A program made the translations under genes and the position numbers. The notes under the pieces were generated by a model that saw only the letters and a list, made by a program, of their open reading frames with translations, had not been told where the DNA came from and made no database searches. This document shows, piece after piece, positions 18,963-26,721 of a stretch of 62,442 nucleotides of DNA. Location: NCBI GenBank assembly GCA_903922825.1, contig CAIXVE010000082.1, forward strand, positions 1-62,442, written 5' to 3'. Positions within the stretch are counted from its first letter, which is position 1; every line of letters starts with the position of its first letter. This DNA is from an uncultured Micrococcales bacterium. GTDB lineage: Bacteria > Actinomycetota > Actinomycetes > Actinomycetales > Microbacteriaceae.

Positions 18963-19187
18963 ATGAAAAATTTTTTCATGTTGATAACGGTGCTAGGTCT
19001 CATACTTGGAGGCGCAGCTAGTGTCCAAGCTATAAGTAAAAAGGCGGAGATTAATACTCGCATGGCCACTGAACTTCCAAGATATGAGGATATCCCGTTT
19101 TGCGACGACGTCTTATTTATCATAAGTTCAGTTGACGTCTGCAAATCTAATTGGATCTCGAAGACTCATTTTTCTTCGAAGAAATAA
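18963..19187 (+). CDS. Small secreted hypothetical protein
   Basis: Strong SD AGGAGGAGG, signal peptide MKNFFMLITVLGLILGGAASVQA, two Cys. Confidence 0.55.
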   Translation: MKNFFMLITVLGLILGGAASVQAISKKAEINTRMATELPRYEDIPFCDDVLFIISSVDVCKSNWISKTHFSSKK

Positions 19188-19465
19188 TACCAATTTCGGG
19201 AAAATGCACCTTAGCTAATTTCATAGGAGTGTGCCTCTAATGAAACTAATCTTGGTTAGAACATCAAGTTCTAAAGGTTTAGGGAAATATGTACTCTAAC
19301 TCCGTACTGGATTCCTTCCGGAGTTCTCAAAGCAACCTTGATTGGAGCTAGATACCTACCTATCAACTAATAGAATTAAGCAGTTGGAAAATGAAAATTC
19401 AAAGTGGGTTCGTTTCAGAGGAACTAGAACTTGAGAGAGATTTAGTTATTCGGTAATCTTGGAAT

Positions 19466-19675
19466 ATGAAACCCACATTTGTTATATATCAAAACGAAAA
19501 ATTCTATGGCTCATATGACAATAGAAAAACTATGGAAAGTGTTTATGACTTTTTACCAGCACCAAAACATTTCATCTTTTTTAAATACACATCACTAGAC
19601 GAAATCTTGTCTATGAACTATCAACAAGCAATACAAACCGAAAAAACTCGAAAAGAACTATCTAATGGAAAATAG
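19466..19675 (+). CDS. AT-rich orphan hypothetical protein
   Basis: 69-aa ORF, TAATCT-7nt-ATG, overlaps start of the ssb remnant. Confidence 0.5.
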   Translation: MKPTFVIYQNEKFYGSYDNRKTMESVYDFLPAPKHFIFFKYTSLDEILSMNYQQAIQTEKTRKELSNGK

Positions 19676-19754
19676 TAAAACCACAATCACAGGCTTAGTG
19701 GCAACAACTCCACGCCACCTAACAACAGCAGACGGACACCCCACCCATAGGTAA
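19665..19754 (+). pseudogene. ssb: Single-stranded DNA-binding protein, N-terminal fragment only
   Basis: MENSKTTITGLVATTPRHLTTADG matches the Microbacteriaceae SSB N-terminus (ITGLVATTPRHL.T.DGLPITSFR); similarity stops at ~19737; absent from ORF track. Confidence 0.75.
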
Positions 19755-19866
19755 GCATCTTGCTGATTTCCTTAATCTGTTGAGCTTCATGATCTGGAAC
19801 TTTTGCAAACATGAATGGGGCTGGGCCTCGCCATTCAAATGTTGTTGAAGTGAAGGTAAGTTTCAA
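19735..19866 (-). pseudogene. DUF1905 family gene, 5' half only (chimeric frame runs on to 19687)
   Basis: TTG start 3 nt after the deaminase stop; MKLTFTSTTFEWRGPAPFMFAKVP...IKEISKMLTYGWGV, expected 'IPV...TSLFPK' half missing; absent from ORF track. Confidence 0.8.
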
Positions 19867-19869
19867 GAC

Positions 19870-20340
19870 TTAGTCTTCGCCGATGTCTTCATTCCATAGA
19901 GTTGGGTTAGCGATGATGAAATCACCCATGACTTTAATTAGACCTGGATCGTTCATGACTTTTACGTCACAGCCGTGTTCTTGAACCCAGTCTTGACCAC
20001 CCTTGAAGTTAATGTCGTCGCCAACCAGAAGTTTTCCGATGTTGAACTGACGAATAAGACCTGAGCAATACCAGCAAGGAGAGAGGCTGGTAGCTAAGGT
20101 TACGTTTTTGTATGAACGCTGTCTACCAGCGTTTCTAAATGCACTGGTTTCACCATGCATAGATGCGTCACCTTGTTGGACGCGAAGATTGTGACCGGAA
20201 CCTAGAAGAGCTCCGTCTTTATCGAAGAGAGCGGCTCCGATGGGAATTCCACCTTCAGATAAACCTAAATGAGCCTCGGCTATGGCCACCGCTAGCTTCT
20301 CTTCGTCTGTTGCGAAGATCTGACCAACTTTGAATTCCAT
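19870..20340 (-). CDS. Cytosine/nucleoside deaminase (dCMP/cytidine deaminase fold, fungal-CDase-like)
   Basis: 'EGGIPIGAAL', 'HGETSAFRNAG', 'LSPCWYCSG' zinc motifs. Confidence 0.88.
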   Translation of the reverse strand: MEFKVGQIFATDEEKLAVAIAEAHLGLSEGGIPIGAALFDKDGALLGSGHNLRVQQGDASMHGETSAFRNAGRQRSYKNVTLATSLSPCWYCSGLIRQFNIGKLLVGDDINFKGGQDWVQEHGCDVKVMNDPGLIKVMGDFIIANPTLWNEDIGED

Positions 20341-20368
20341 AGCCGAGGCTCCTAGTTTTTAGGGTTTA

Positions 20369-21769
20369 TTACTTCTTGGCTTCGCCAGTTACTGAGCGAA
20401 GAGCAAAGTAGAGAACGGCAGCTAGCACAAAGCCAACTACTGCTGTGATGTCACCATACTGATCTGCAAGAGGACCCTTATACCAAACCTGGTTTGAGAA
20501 CTCATAGATAGATGCAGCAGCGGCGATAACGAATGCAATAACTCCTGAATAGATGTTCTGAGGAGCAAGGGCACGAGCACCAGCATCCTTTCCACCTGAG
20601 AGGATACGTTCCAAAAGAACGATTGCAATCCAAGGAGCAACCCAATAGGAAACAACCAAAAGGAAGTTCTCTAGTTGGTGTCCTACGTCACCGTTGGTAA
20701 CACCGAAGTAAGCGGTGATTCCACCAAGAACACCGGCGATGGTTACCATGATTGCACGACGGGTCTTGAAGCCAAGCTTCACACCCATAGCTAGGAAGGA
20801 CATTGCACCTGAGTAGACGTTTAGCACGTTAGCTGATATTGATCCGATTGCGATTGCAAACAAAGTAACCTTCGCCAAAGTGTCGTTACCTAGAGCGCCA
20901 GTGAAAACTGATGTTGGGTTTGGACCAAATACAACGAACTGTCCACCATTAGCATCGCCAACAGCAGTCTCAATCAAGTTGAATGCAACTGCACCCAATG
21001 ACATAAGGATTGTTGTGCTTAGGAAGTTTCCTAGACCAGCTGCTAGACCTAGACGAGTCTTGTTGGTGTTTGCAGGTAGGTAACGGGTGTAGTCAGAAGC
21101 GAATGGGGTCCAACCAGCGGTGTAACCATAAGCTGCACCAGCGGTTAGTGTGAAGCCAACCCATGAGAATCCGGTAACTGCACCGCTAGGTGTGAATGCA
21201 CCTGCGTGTGTGAACACAACATAAGCAACAAACAACCAAACAACAGCTAGGAAGTATGAGGTGTAACGCTCCCAAACCTGGATTAGGTTGTGACCTACGA
21301 AAGCGATGGCTACCTGAGCAACGATCACAATGAGTAGAGCTAGAACAGCGTCACAGCCAAGAAGAGCTGATAGCGCTAAAGTTCCAGAAACTGTGTTAAC
21401 AGCGAACCAACCGATACCTGCAACAAGAGTTGAAAGACCTGAAGGAATCAGGTTTCCGATCTTGCCGAAAGCGTTACGGCCAAGCACCATCTGAGGAAGT
21501 CCAGCTTCTGGACCCCAGGTGCTCAAAATACCGTGGGTGATACCTGCTAATGCGTTTCCGACTAGAACTGCAAGGATTGCCTGAAGGACGTTAAGTCCAA
21601 AGCCAATTCCTAGAGCGCCGACGAATACGGTTGCGAACTCGAGGTTCGGGGACGACCAAACTGTGAATAAATGCCACGGTTTGCCGTGACGTTCGCCCGA
21701 TGGGATTGGGGCTACGTCGTTGGTTTCGATTGCACCTGCCGAAGCAGTGTTTTTTGTGTTTGTAGTCAT
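20369..21769 (-). CDS. NCS1 purine-cytosine permease
   Basis: ~12 TMs, 'GLPQMVLGR.AFG', 'GWFAVN', 'ASDYTRYLP', 'ANVLNVYSG'; start at 21769 (TAATCT-7nt-ATG). Confidence 0.9.
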   Translation of the reverse strand: MTTNTKNTASAGAIETNDVAPIPSGERHGKPWHLFTVWSSPNLEFATVFVGALGIGFGLNVLQAILAVLVGNALAGITHGILSTWGPEAGLPQMVLGRNAFGKIGNLIPSGLSTLVAGIGWFAVNTVSGTLALSALLGCDAVLALLIVIVAQVAIAFVGHNLIQVWERYTSYFLAVVWLFVAYVVFTHAGAFTPSGAVTGFSWVGFTLTAGAAYGYTAGWTPFASDYTRYLPANTNKTRLGLAAGLGNFLSTTILMSLGAVAFNLIETAVGDANGGQFVVFGPNPTSVFTGALGNDTLAKVTLFAIAIGSISANVLNVYSGAMSFLAMGVKLGFKTRRAIMVTIAGVLGGITAYFGVTNGDVGHQLENFLLVVSYWVAPWIAIVLLERILSGGKDAGARALAPQNIYSGVIAFVIAAAASIYEFSNQVWYKGPLADQYGDITAVVGFVLAAVLYFALRSVTGEAKK

Positions 21770-21821
21770 AGGCAAGAGATTATTGGGAATTTGCTGGGAA
21801 CGGACGTTCATTTGAGCGTGG

Positions 21822-21848
21822 CAAACAAATAGTTAACGAAATTGAAAC
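21822..21848. promoter_or_regulatory. Putative GlnR/MtrA-type (OmpR family) binding site
   Basis: CAAAC-n6-TTAAC-n6-GAAAC with exact 11-bp period, 53-79 bp upstream of the permease start. Confidence 0.5.
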
Positions 21849-21944
21849 TTTGACTCTAAAGATTTCCCCCATTTTCGGCAGTTATCAACAAAACGGTGGA
21901 TAAGTCAGGCCTTATTTGGCTTTCGGGGTTAACCTAGCCTTGCG

Positions 21945-22769
21945 ATGATAGCTAAAGCCCCCAAAATGAGCCCTCAAACCGAGGGAACCGGACTGGTATT
22001 CAGTCAGGTAGAGGCTAACTGCTGGAAGGTTTATAAAGAATCTGATCAGAGCCTGATTGGAACTGTTGGTCTAGGCGAGTTCACGGAGAAAGGCCCGGGT
22101 GCTTTTCTGGTTGTTGAGCAAGATGCCTTGGGGAGTATGGCTTGGTTGGCTGAAGCTATTCGCTGTGTTCTGGATTACGCCTTCGATCAGTTGAAACTGA
22201 CGAGAGTCTCTATCAGGGCGAAAGTTGAACAGTTTTCGTTGTTGGCTGCTTTAGAAGATCTGGGTTTTGTTGAAAAAGTAAAACTTGATTCTGGAAAAAA
22301 GGTTCGTCTAGTTTGTGATCGCTGGGATTACATCCAAGCTTTAGCTGAGTCTTTGATGCTCGAGCATCTTGAAGATAGGCAATGGAGCTTTGGCTTTGAT
22401 AACGGCAGAAGAAGAGCCGGCCTTTGTTCTTATAGCGATAAGAAGATTACGGTCAGTAAATATCTTTCACTGGTGCACGACATTGATGATGTGAAGCAAA
22501 CTATTTTGCATGAGATTGCCCATGCCTTAACTGGACCTAAGGCAGGCCACGGGAAGAAGTGGTTGGCTACTGCAAAGAAAATTGGCTACCGCAATGAAAC
22601 TTATACCGGTGAAGAAATAGCTGAAGCGTATGCGCCTTATCAAGGGCTATGTCCTAACGGGCATAAGCACTATAGGTATCAAAAACCTAAGCGTCTTTAT
22701 AGTTGTAATTTATGTGGTTCTGGATTCAATCAGAAATACATGATTGATTGGGCAGTTAGATCTAACTAA
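21945..22769 (+). CDS. Fusion of a RimJ/RimL-like GNAT domain and a SprT-like metalloprotease
   Basis: N-half 'AEAIRCVLDYAFDQLKLTRV...LEDLGF'; C-half 'RRRAGLC', 'TILHEIAHAL', 'GHG..W', CPNGH...CNLC. Confidence 0.8.
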   Translation: MIAKAPKMSPQTEGTGLVFSQVEANCWKVYKESDQSLIGTVGLGEFTEKGPGAFLVVEQDALGSMAWLAEAIRCVLDYAFDQLKLTRVSIRAKVEQFSLLAALEDLGFVEKVKLDSGKKVRLVCDRWDYIQALAESLMLEHLEDRQWSFGFDNGRRRAGLCSYSDKKITVSKYLSLVHDIDDVKQTILHEIAHALTGPKAGHGKKWLATAKKIGYRNETYTGEEIAEAYAPYQGLCPNGHKHYRYQKPKRLYSCNLCGSGFNQKYMIDWAVRSN

Positions 22770-23625
22770 TTGCTGACCAGATCAGAATCATGGTCACCAC
22801 AGCACCAGCGAAGAAGTTCAACCAAATAAACCTTCGCCAACCTTTATTTGATTTCTCACAATCAGCATCCTCGATGTTTAGATAAGGCGCGATGATGAAC
22901 AAATAGGGGATTGCCGCTATCGCTGCCAAAGGACCTGGGAAATCTGTGTTCATAACTAGGATTCCAGCACCTGCATAGGCAAGGAAAGCAAAACGAACTG
23001 TTGCTTTCGCTCCGATAACTGTTGCGATGCTCGAGATGCTGGCTTCTCTGTCTGCAATCACATCTTGGACTGCACCAAAGGCATGGGATGCAATTCCCCA
23101 AAGGGTGAAGGCAAGGATGCAGGAAAGAGTTGATCTAGAGCTCATGTCAGTGTTAGTTAGCGCTAATGCGTAAACCATAGGTCCAAAGAAGTGTGAAGAA
23201 GAAGTGAGTGAATCTAGGAAAGGCTTCTCTTTGAACCTCAATTTTGGAGCGCTATAGGCAATCACTGTGAAAACAAACAGGGTTAGGTATAGAGCTGCTG
23301 TTTGGTTTGAGATTGAGTAAAGGTAGATAAGGAAAGGCACACAAGCAAGCACTGAAGACCAGATGGTGAGCTTGTGATACTTCTTATTTAGCAGTGCTCC
23401 TTCAATACCTCCTTTACGGGGGTTACGAAGATCACTTTCATAGTCAAATACATCGTTAATTCCATACATCAGGAGGTTGTATGGGATGAGGAAGAACAGG
23501 GTTCCAATAACGAAGATTAGGTCTATCTTGTGGGTAATAAAGATGTATGTGGCACCAAACGGGTAAGCAGTATTAATCCAGGACACCGGTCTTGAAGACC
23601 AGAACAACTGCTTTATTGCATCCAT
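22762..23625 (-). CDS. crtEb: Lycopene elongase, UbiA-family prenyltransferase
   Basis: 'SSRPVSWINTAYPF', 'YGINDVFDYESDLRNPRKGG', 'YSAPKLRFKE'. Confidence 0.9.
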   Translation of the reverse strand: MDAIKQLFWSSRPVSWINTAYPFGATYIFITHKIDLIFVIGTLFFLIPYNLLMYGINDVFDYESDLRNPRKGGIEGALLNKKYHKLTIWSSVLACVPFLIYLYSISNQTAALYLTLFVFTVIAYSAPKLRFKEKPFLDSLTSSSHFFGPMVYALALTNTDMSSRSTLSCILAFTLWGIASHAFGAVQDVIADREASISSIATVIGAKATVRFAFLAYAGAGILVMNTDFPGPLAAIAAIPYLFIIAPYLNIEDADCEKSNKGWRRFIWLNFFAGAVVTMILIWSAIS

Positions 23626-23912
23626 TACTTCTTACCTGTCAACTTATTCCAGATGGTAGCAACTGCTAACACTGATACCACTGTATAGGCGAAGTCTTCT
23701 ATCGGGGCTAAACCAATAAACCATCCGCTGAGTTTGCTTGAGTCATAGTTAACAATGTTGAGTCCGATGATGATGTTGTCGAAAATGCTGGTTACCAACA
23801 ACATCCCTAACAGGGTTAAGGAAAGTATTCGCCAAGGTGTTTTTCTCACGAACACATTCAAGAGAACAAATGCAGTCAACATAAATGTGAGGTTCAAAGC
23901 TAAATACAACAT
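23625..23912 (-). CDS. Heterodimeric carotenoid (C50/lycopene) cyclase subunit 2 (CrtYf/Yd type)
   Basis: 'TSIFDNIII', 'GLAPIEDFAY'; position in crt operon. Confidence 0.85.
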   Translation of the reverse strand: MLYLALNLTFMLTAFVLLNVFVRKTPWRILSLTLLGMLLVTSIFDNIIIGLNIVNYDSSKLSGWFIGLAPIEDFAYTVVSVLAVATIWNKLTGKK

Positions 23913-24233
23913 CTATTTCTTCCCCCAAATTCTTTTGAACACAATAAACAGGTTCAGAGATGTGTAGTTCAACAAAAACAGAAAGAACAGTTCTTCTATC
24001 GGTAATTCAGGTGCTACCACTAAACCGGTGAGATGAGCAGATGGTCCTCTAAAGAAAATACCTAAAGCGATACCTGCACCGTCCCATAGTAGAAAAAAGA
24101 TCAGTGGGATAAGTGTGGTTAGTAGGGCTGCTTTCGTGTTTTGACTGAAAGCCAATTTGAAACGCCAATCAAGTAGACCAGTCCCCACTATTGAGAACAC
24201 AAGCCCGCTTAGATAAAGGGCGGATGCAAACAC
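23913..24233 (-). CDS. Heterodimeric carotenoid cyclase subunit 1 (CrtYe/Yc type)
   Basis: 'LLDWRFKLAF', 'FLLWD..GI..GIF', 'APELPIEE..FL'; GTG start overlapping crtI stop. Confidence 0.85.
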   Translation of the reverse strand: MFASALYLSGLVFSIVGTGLLDWRFKLAFSQNTKAALLTTLIPLIFFLLWDGAGIALGIFFRGPSAHLTGLVVAPELPIEELFFLFLLNYTSLNLFIVFKRIWGKK

Positions 24234-25819
24234 TAGTTCAAACCCTTCCAACCGTTCTCAGCGATTGGTTGAATCTCGTTTGGAGTTGGACCAGAAGATT
24301 TGTCGTCAATCATCAGCTTGTAGACAAGCTCGGCACCAATCAAACACATAGGTAATCCAATACCTGGGATTGAGTGGTGACCCGCGTAATAAAGACCCTT
24401 AACCTTTTTGCTCTTGTTCTTAGGTCTGAAGAATGCTGACTGTCTGAGAGTGTGAGCCATACCTAGAGCGGTTCCAGACCAAGCGTTTAGTTCTTCGACG
24501 AAGTTCTGAGGACCCATAGTTCTTCTAACTACGATGCGATCTTTCAGATCAGGGATTTTGCACCATTCAGCAATCTGCTCAATCACTCTGTCTGCTTCTG
24601 CTTCAAATTCAGGATCACCTGAACGGTCGATGCCACCTCTACCAATTGACGGATCTGCTGCAGCTGGAACTAGAACAAAGAGGTTCTCGTAACCTTCTGG
24701 GGCAACTGAAGGGTCAGTCTTACTTGGAGCACAGATATATAAACTGGCTGGGTTAGCCACCTTGCTCTTACCATCAGCCTTCTTGAAAACTTGAGCAAAG
24801 TTAGTTGCCCAGTCATCGGTATATAGAAGTGTGTGGTGATCTAGGTTGTCAATCTTGCCTTTGACACCTAAATACATCAACAATGCAGAAGGTCCAGGGA
24901 TTCGCTTATCCCACCACTTCTGAGGAAGTGACTGGTATTTTGGTTCAAGCAACTTGGTTTCAACGAAATGAAGGTCAGCGTTAGCAACAACCACGTCGGC
25001 TTTATAGGTGATATCTCCAACTTGGATGCCTTCAACAGTTCCAGCGTTATCGACATTGATCTTTGTCACTGGGGAGTTGGTGTGTATTTCAACACCGTGA
25101 GCTTTAGCAAGTCTTTCAACCGCTTCAATGATTTTGTATAGACCACCCTGAGGATAGAAAACTCCGACATTCATATCGATGTGTGTCATCAAGTGATACA
25201 TGCTCGGAGTCTCATAAGGAGATGCACCCAAGAACACTGCAGGGAAGTTCAGAACCTTGCGTAGCCTTTCGTCTTTCACATGCTTAGCCGAGAAACCATA
25301 AAGCGAAGTCAAAAGATGTTTGATGAAAGTAGCGGCCTTCTTCACAACATCTGGGTGGGTGAAAGATTTGGCGTTCTGGAAGTTTGTGTATAAAAAGTGC
25401 TTGTTGGCTAGGTCATATGTCTGCTCAGCACTATCTAAATACTTCTGAACCATCTTGGCACTACCTGGTTCGTAGGCTTCGAACTCTTCAAGATTCTTCT
25501 TCAGGCTTTCGTGCATGAACATCGGTTCATCTTGGCCTTCGAAGATGGTTCTGTATGCAGGGTCTAGACGAACTAGGTCTAGTTCTTTATTTGCCGTGGT
25601 CCCCATTAGTTTGAAGAACTGGTCGAAGGCATCTGGCATCAAATACCAAGATGGACCCATGTCGAAAGTGAAGCCATCTTTTTCCCAGATGTATGCCCGG
25701 CCACCAACTTTTTCTCTCGCTTCAAAAAGTTGAACTTTCATTCCAGCTTTGGCTAATAGGGCAGCAGTTGCTAAACCACCGATACCCCCACCGATAACTA
25801 TCGCGCTTTTTTGGGTCAT
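24233..25819 (-). CDS. crtI: Phytoene desaturase
   Basis: FAD motif 'IGGGIGGLA', 'FDMGPSWYLMP', 'AHTLRQSAFFRP', 'PGIGLPMCLI'. Confidence 0.95.
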   Translation of the reverse strand: MTQKSAIVIGGGIGGLATAALLAKAGMKVQLFEAREKVGGRAYIWEKDGFTFDMGPSWYLMPDAFDQFFKLMGTTANKELDLVRLDPAYRTIFEGQDEPMFMHESLKKNLEEFEAYEPGSAKMVQKYLDSAEQTYDLANKHFLYTNFQNAKSFTHPDVVKKAATFIKHLLTSLYGFSAKHVKDERLRKVLNFPAVFLGASPYETPSMYHLMTHIDMNVGVFYPQGGLYKIIEAVERLAKAHGVEIHTNSPVTKINVDNAGTVEGIQVGDITYKADVVVANADLHFVETKLLEPKYQSLPQKWWDKRIPGPSALLMYLGVKGKIDNLDHHTLLYTDDWATNFAQVFKKADGKSKVANPASLYICAPSKTDPSVAPEGYENLFVLVPAAADPSIGRGGIDRSGDPEFEAEADRVIEQIAEWCKIPDLKDRIVVRRTMGPQNFVEELNAWSGTALGMAHTLRQSAFFRPKNKSKKVKGLYYAGHHSIPGIGLPMCLIGAELVYKLMIDDKSSGPTPNEIQPIAENGWKGLN

Positions 25820-26712
25820 TATGGTTTGATTCCTATCCAGGCTTTGAAAAGTATTACTAGTTTGTGAAAATCATTCACGCGAATTCTGGTTATAATAAGT
25901 TGATCTGCAGGAGTCTTCTCAATCTTGTCATTTAGTGCTGTGAAAAGTAGTTGCGCTGCAACAACTGCTCTGCTTGAAGATTTAGGCAGCAGGGGAATGG
26001 TTCTTGCAGACAGAGCAAGATCTTTGTTGATGTCTGCAACTAGTTCTTGTTTAGTTGCTTCATTGAAGGTTTTCACATTCAAGTTAGGGAAGTATGAACG
26101 ACCTAACTGTTCAAAATCAGCGGAAAGATCTCTAAGGAAGTTCACCTTCTGGAAAGCAGCTCCCAAGGCTTGAGCACCTTTGGTTAAAGTCTCAAGCTCA
26201 CTTGGTCCATAACTCTTATCAAGCATGAAAGCCTGCAAACACATAAGCCCGATAACCTCTGCAGAACCGTAAACATATTTATCAAATGATTTCTGATCAT
26301 GTTTGGTTTGGTGCAAGTCCATTCTCATTGAATAGAAGAATGGTTCAACAATCTTTCTTGTGATACCTGTCTTAATTGCAGTTATCGCAAAGGCATGAAC
26401 CACAAGGTTTGTCGAGAACCCAGTCTTCATGGCCTTATATGTCTCAGTCTCAAGTTTGTCTAGTTCAGAAGAAAGGTTGAATCTGCTTTCCCTGCCCAAA
26501 GCGCCAGCTGCCGCACCGTCCACTATTTCATCGGCAACTCGAACCAATGCGTAAATGTTTTGAACATGTGCCCTGATTGGTTTTGCTAAAAGGTTGGTGG
26601 CAAGACCAAAAGAAGTCGAGTATGCCTTAATAACCTCAGCACTTGATCGGATAGCGGCAGCGCTATATCTTGCAAGAGATTCTTGATCTAGAGAGTTTTG
26701 GTTTTTTGGCAC
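25819..26712 (-). CDS. crtB: Phytoene synthase
   Basis: 'YSTSFG', 'YALVRVADEIVD', 'YVYGSAEVIG', 'AFQKVNFLRDL'. Confidence 0.95.
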   Translation of the reverse strand: MPKNQNSLDQESLARYSAAAIRSSAEVIKAYSTSFGLATNLLAKPIRAHVQNIYALVRVADEIVDGAAAGALGRESRFNLSSELDKLETETYKAMKTGFSTNLVVHAFAITAIKTGITRKIVEPFFYSMRMDLHQTKHDQKSFDKYVYGSAEVIGLMCLQAFMLDKSYGPSELETLTKGAQALGAAFQKVNFLRDLSADFEQLGRSYFPNLNVKTFNEATKQELVADINKDLALSARTIPLLPKSSSRAVVAAQLLFTALNDKIEKTPADQLIITRIRVNDFHKLVILFKAWIGIKP

Positions 26713-26721
26713 GAGTTAAGG

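Larger units (their letters stand above)
17451..19737. mobile_element. Decayed tRNA-Lys-associated genomic islet (no integrase or att duplicate seen)
   Basis: Lower coding density, orphans and remnants, AT-rich patches, phage-like ssb fragment, begins right after the tRNA. Confidence 0.55.

Noticed and set aside
19264-19434. 10-bp inverted repeat TCAAGTTCTA / TAGAACTTGA
   Set aside because: Short, in AT-rich sequence, no supporting structure; plausible by chance
17365-19870. att-site duplication of the tRNA-Lys 3' end
   Set aside because: No second copy seen by eye; an alignment would be needed to exclude a degenerate copy
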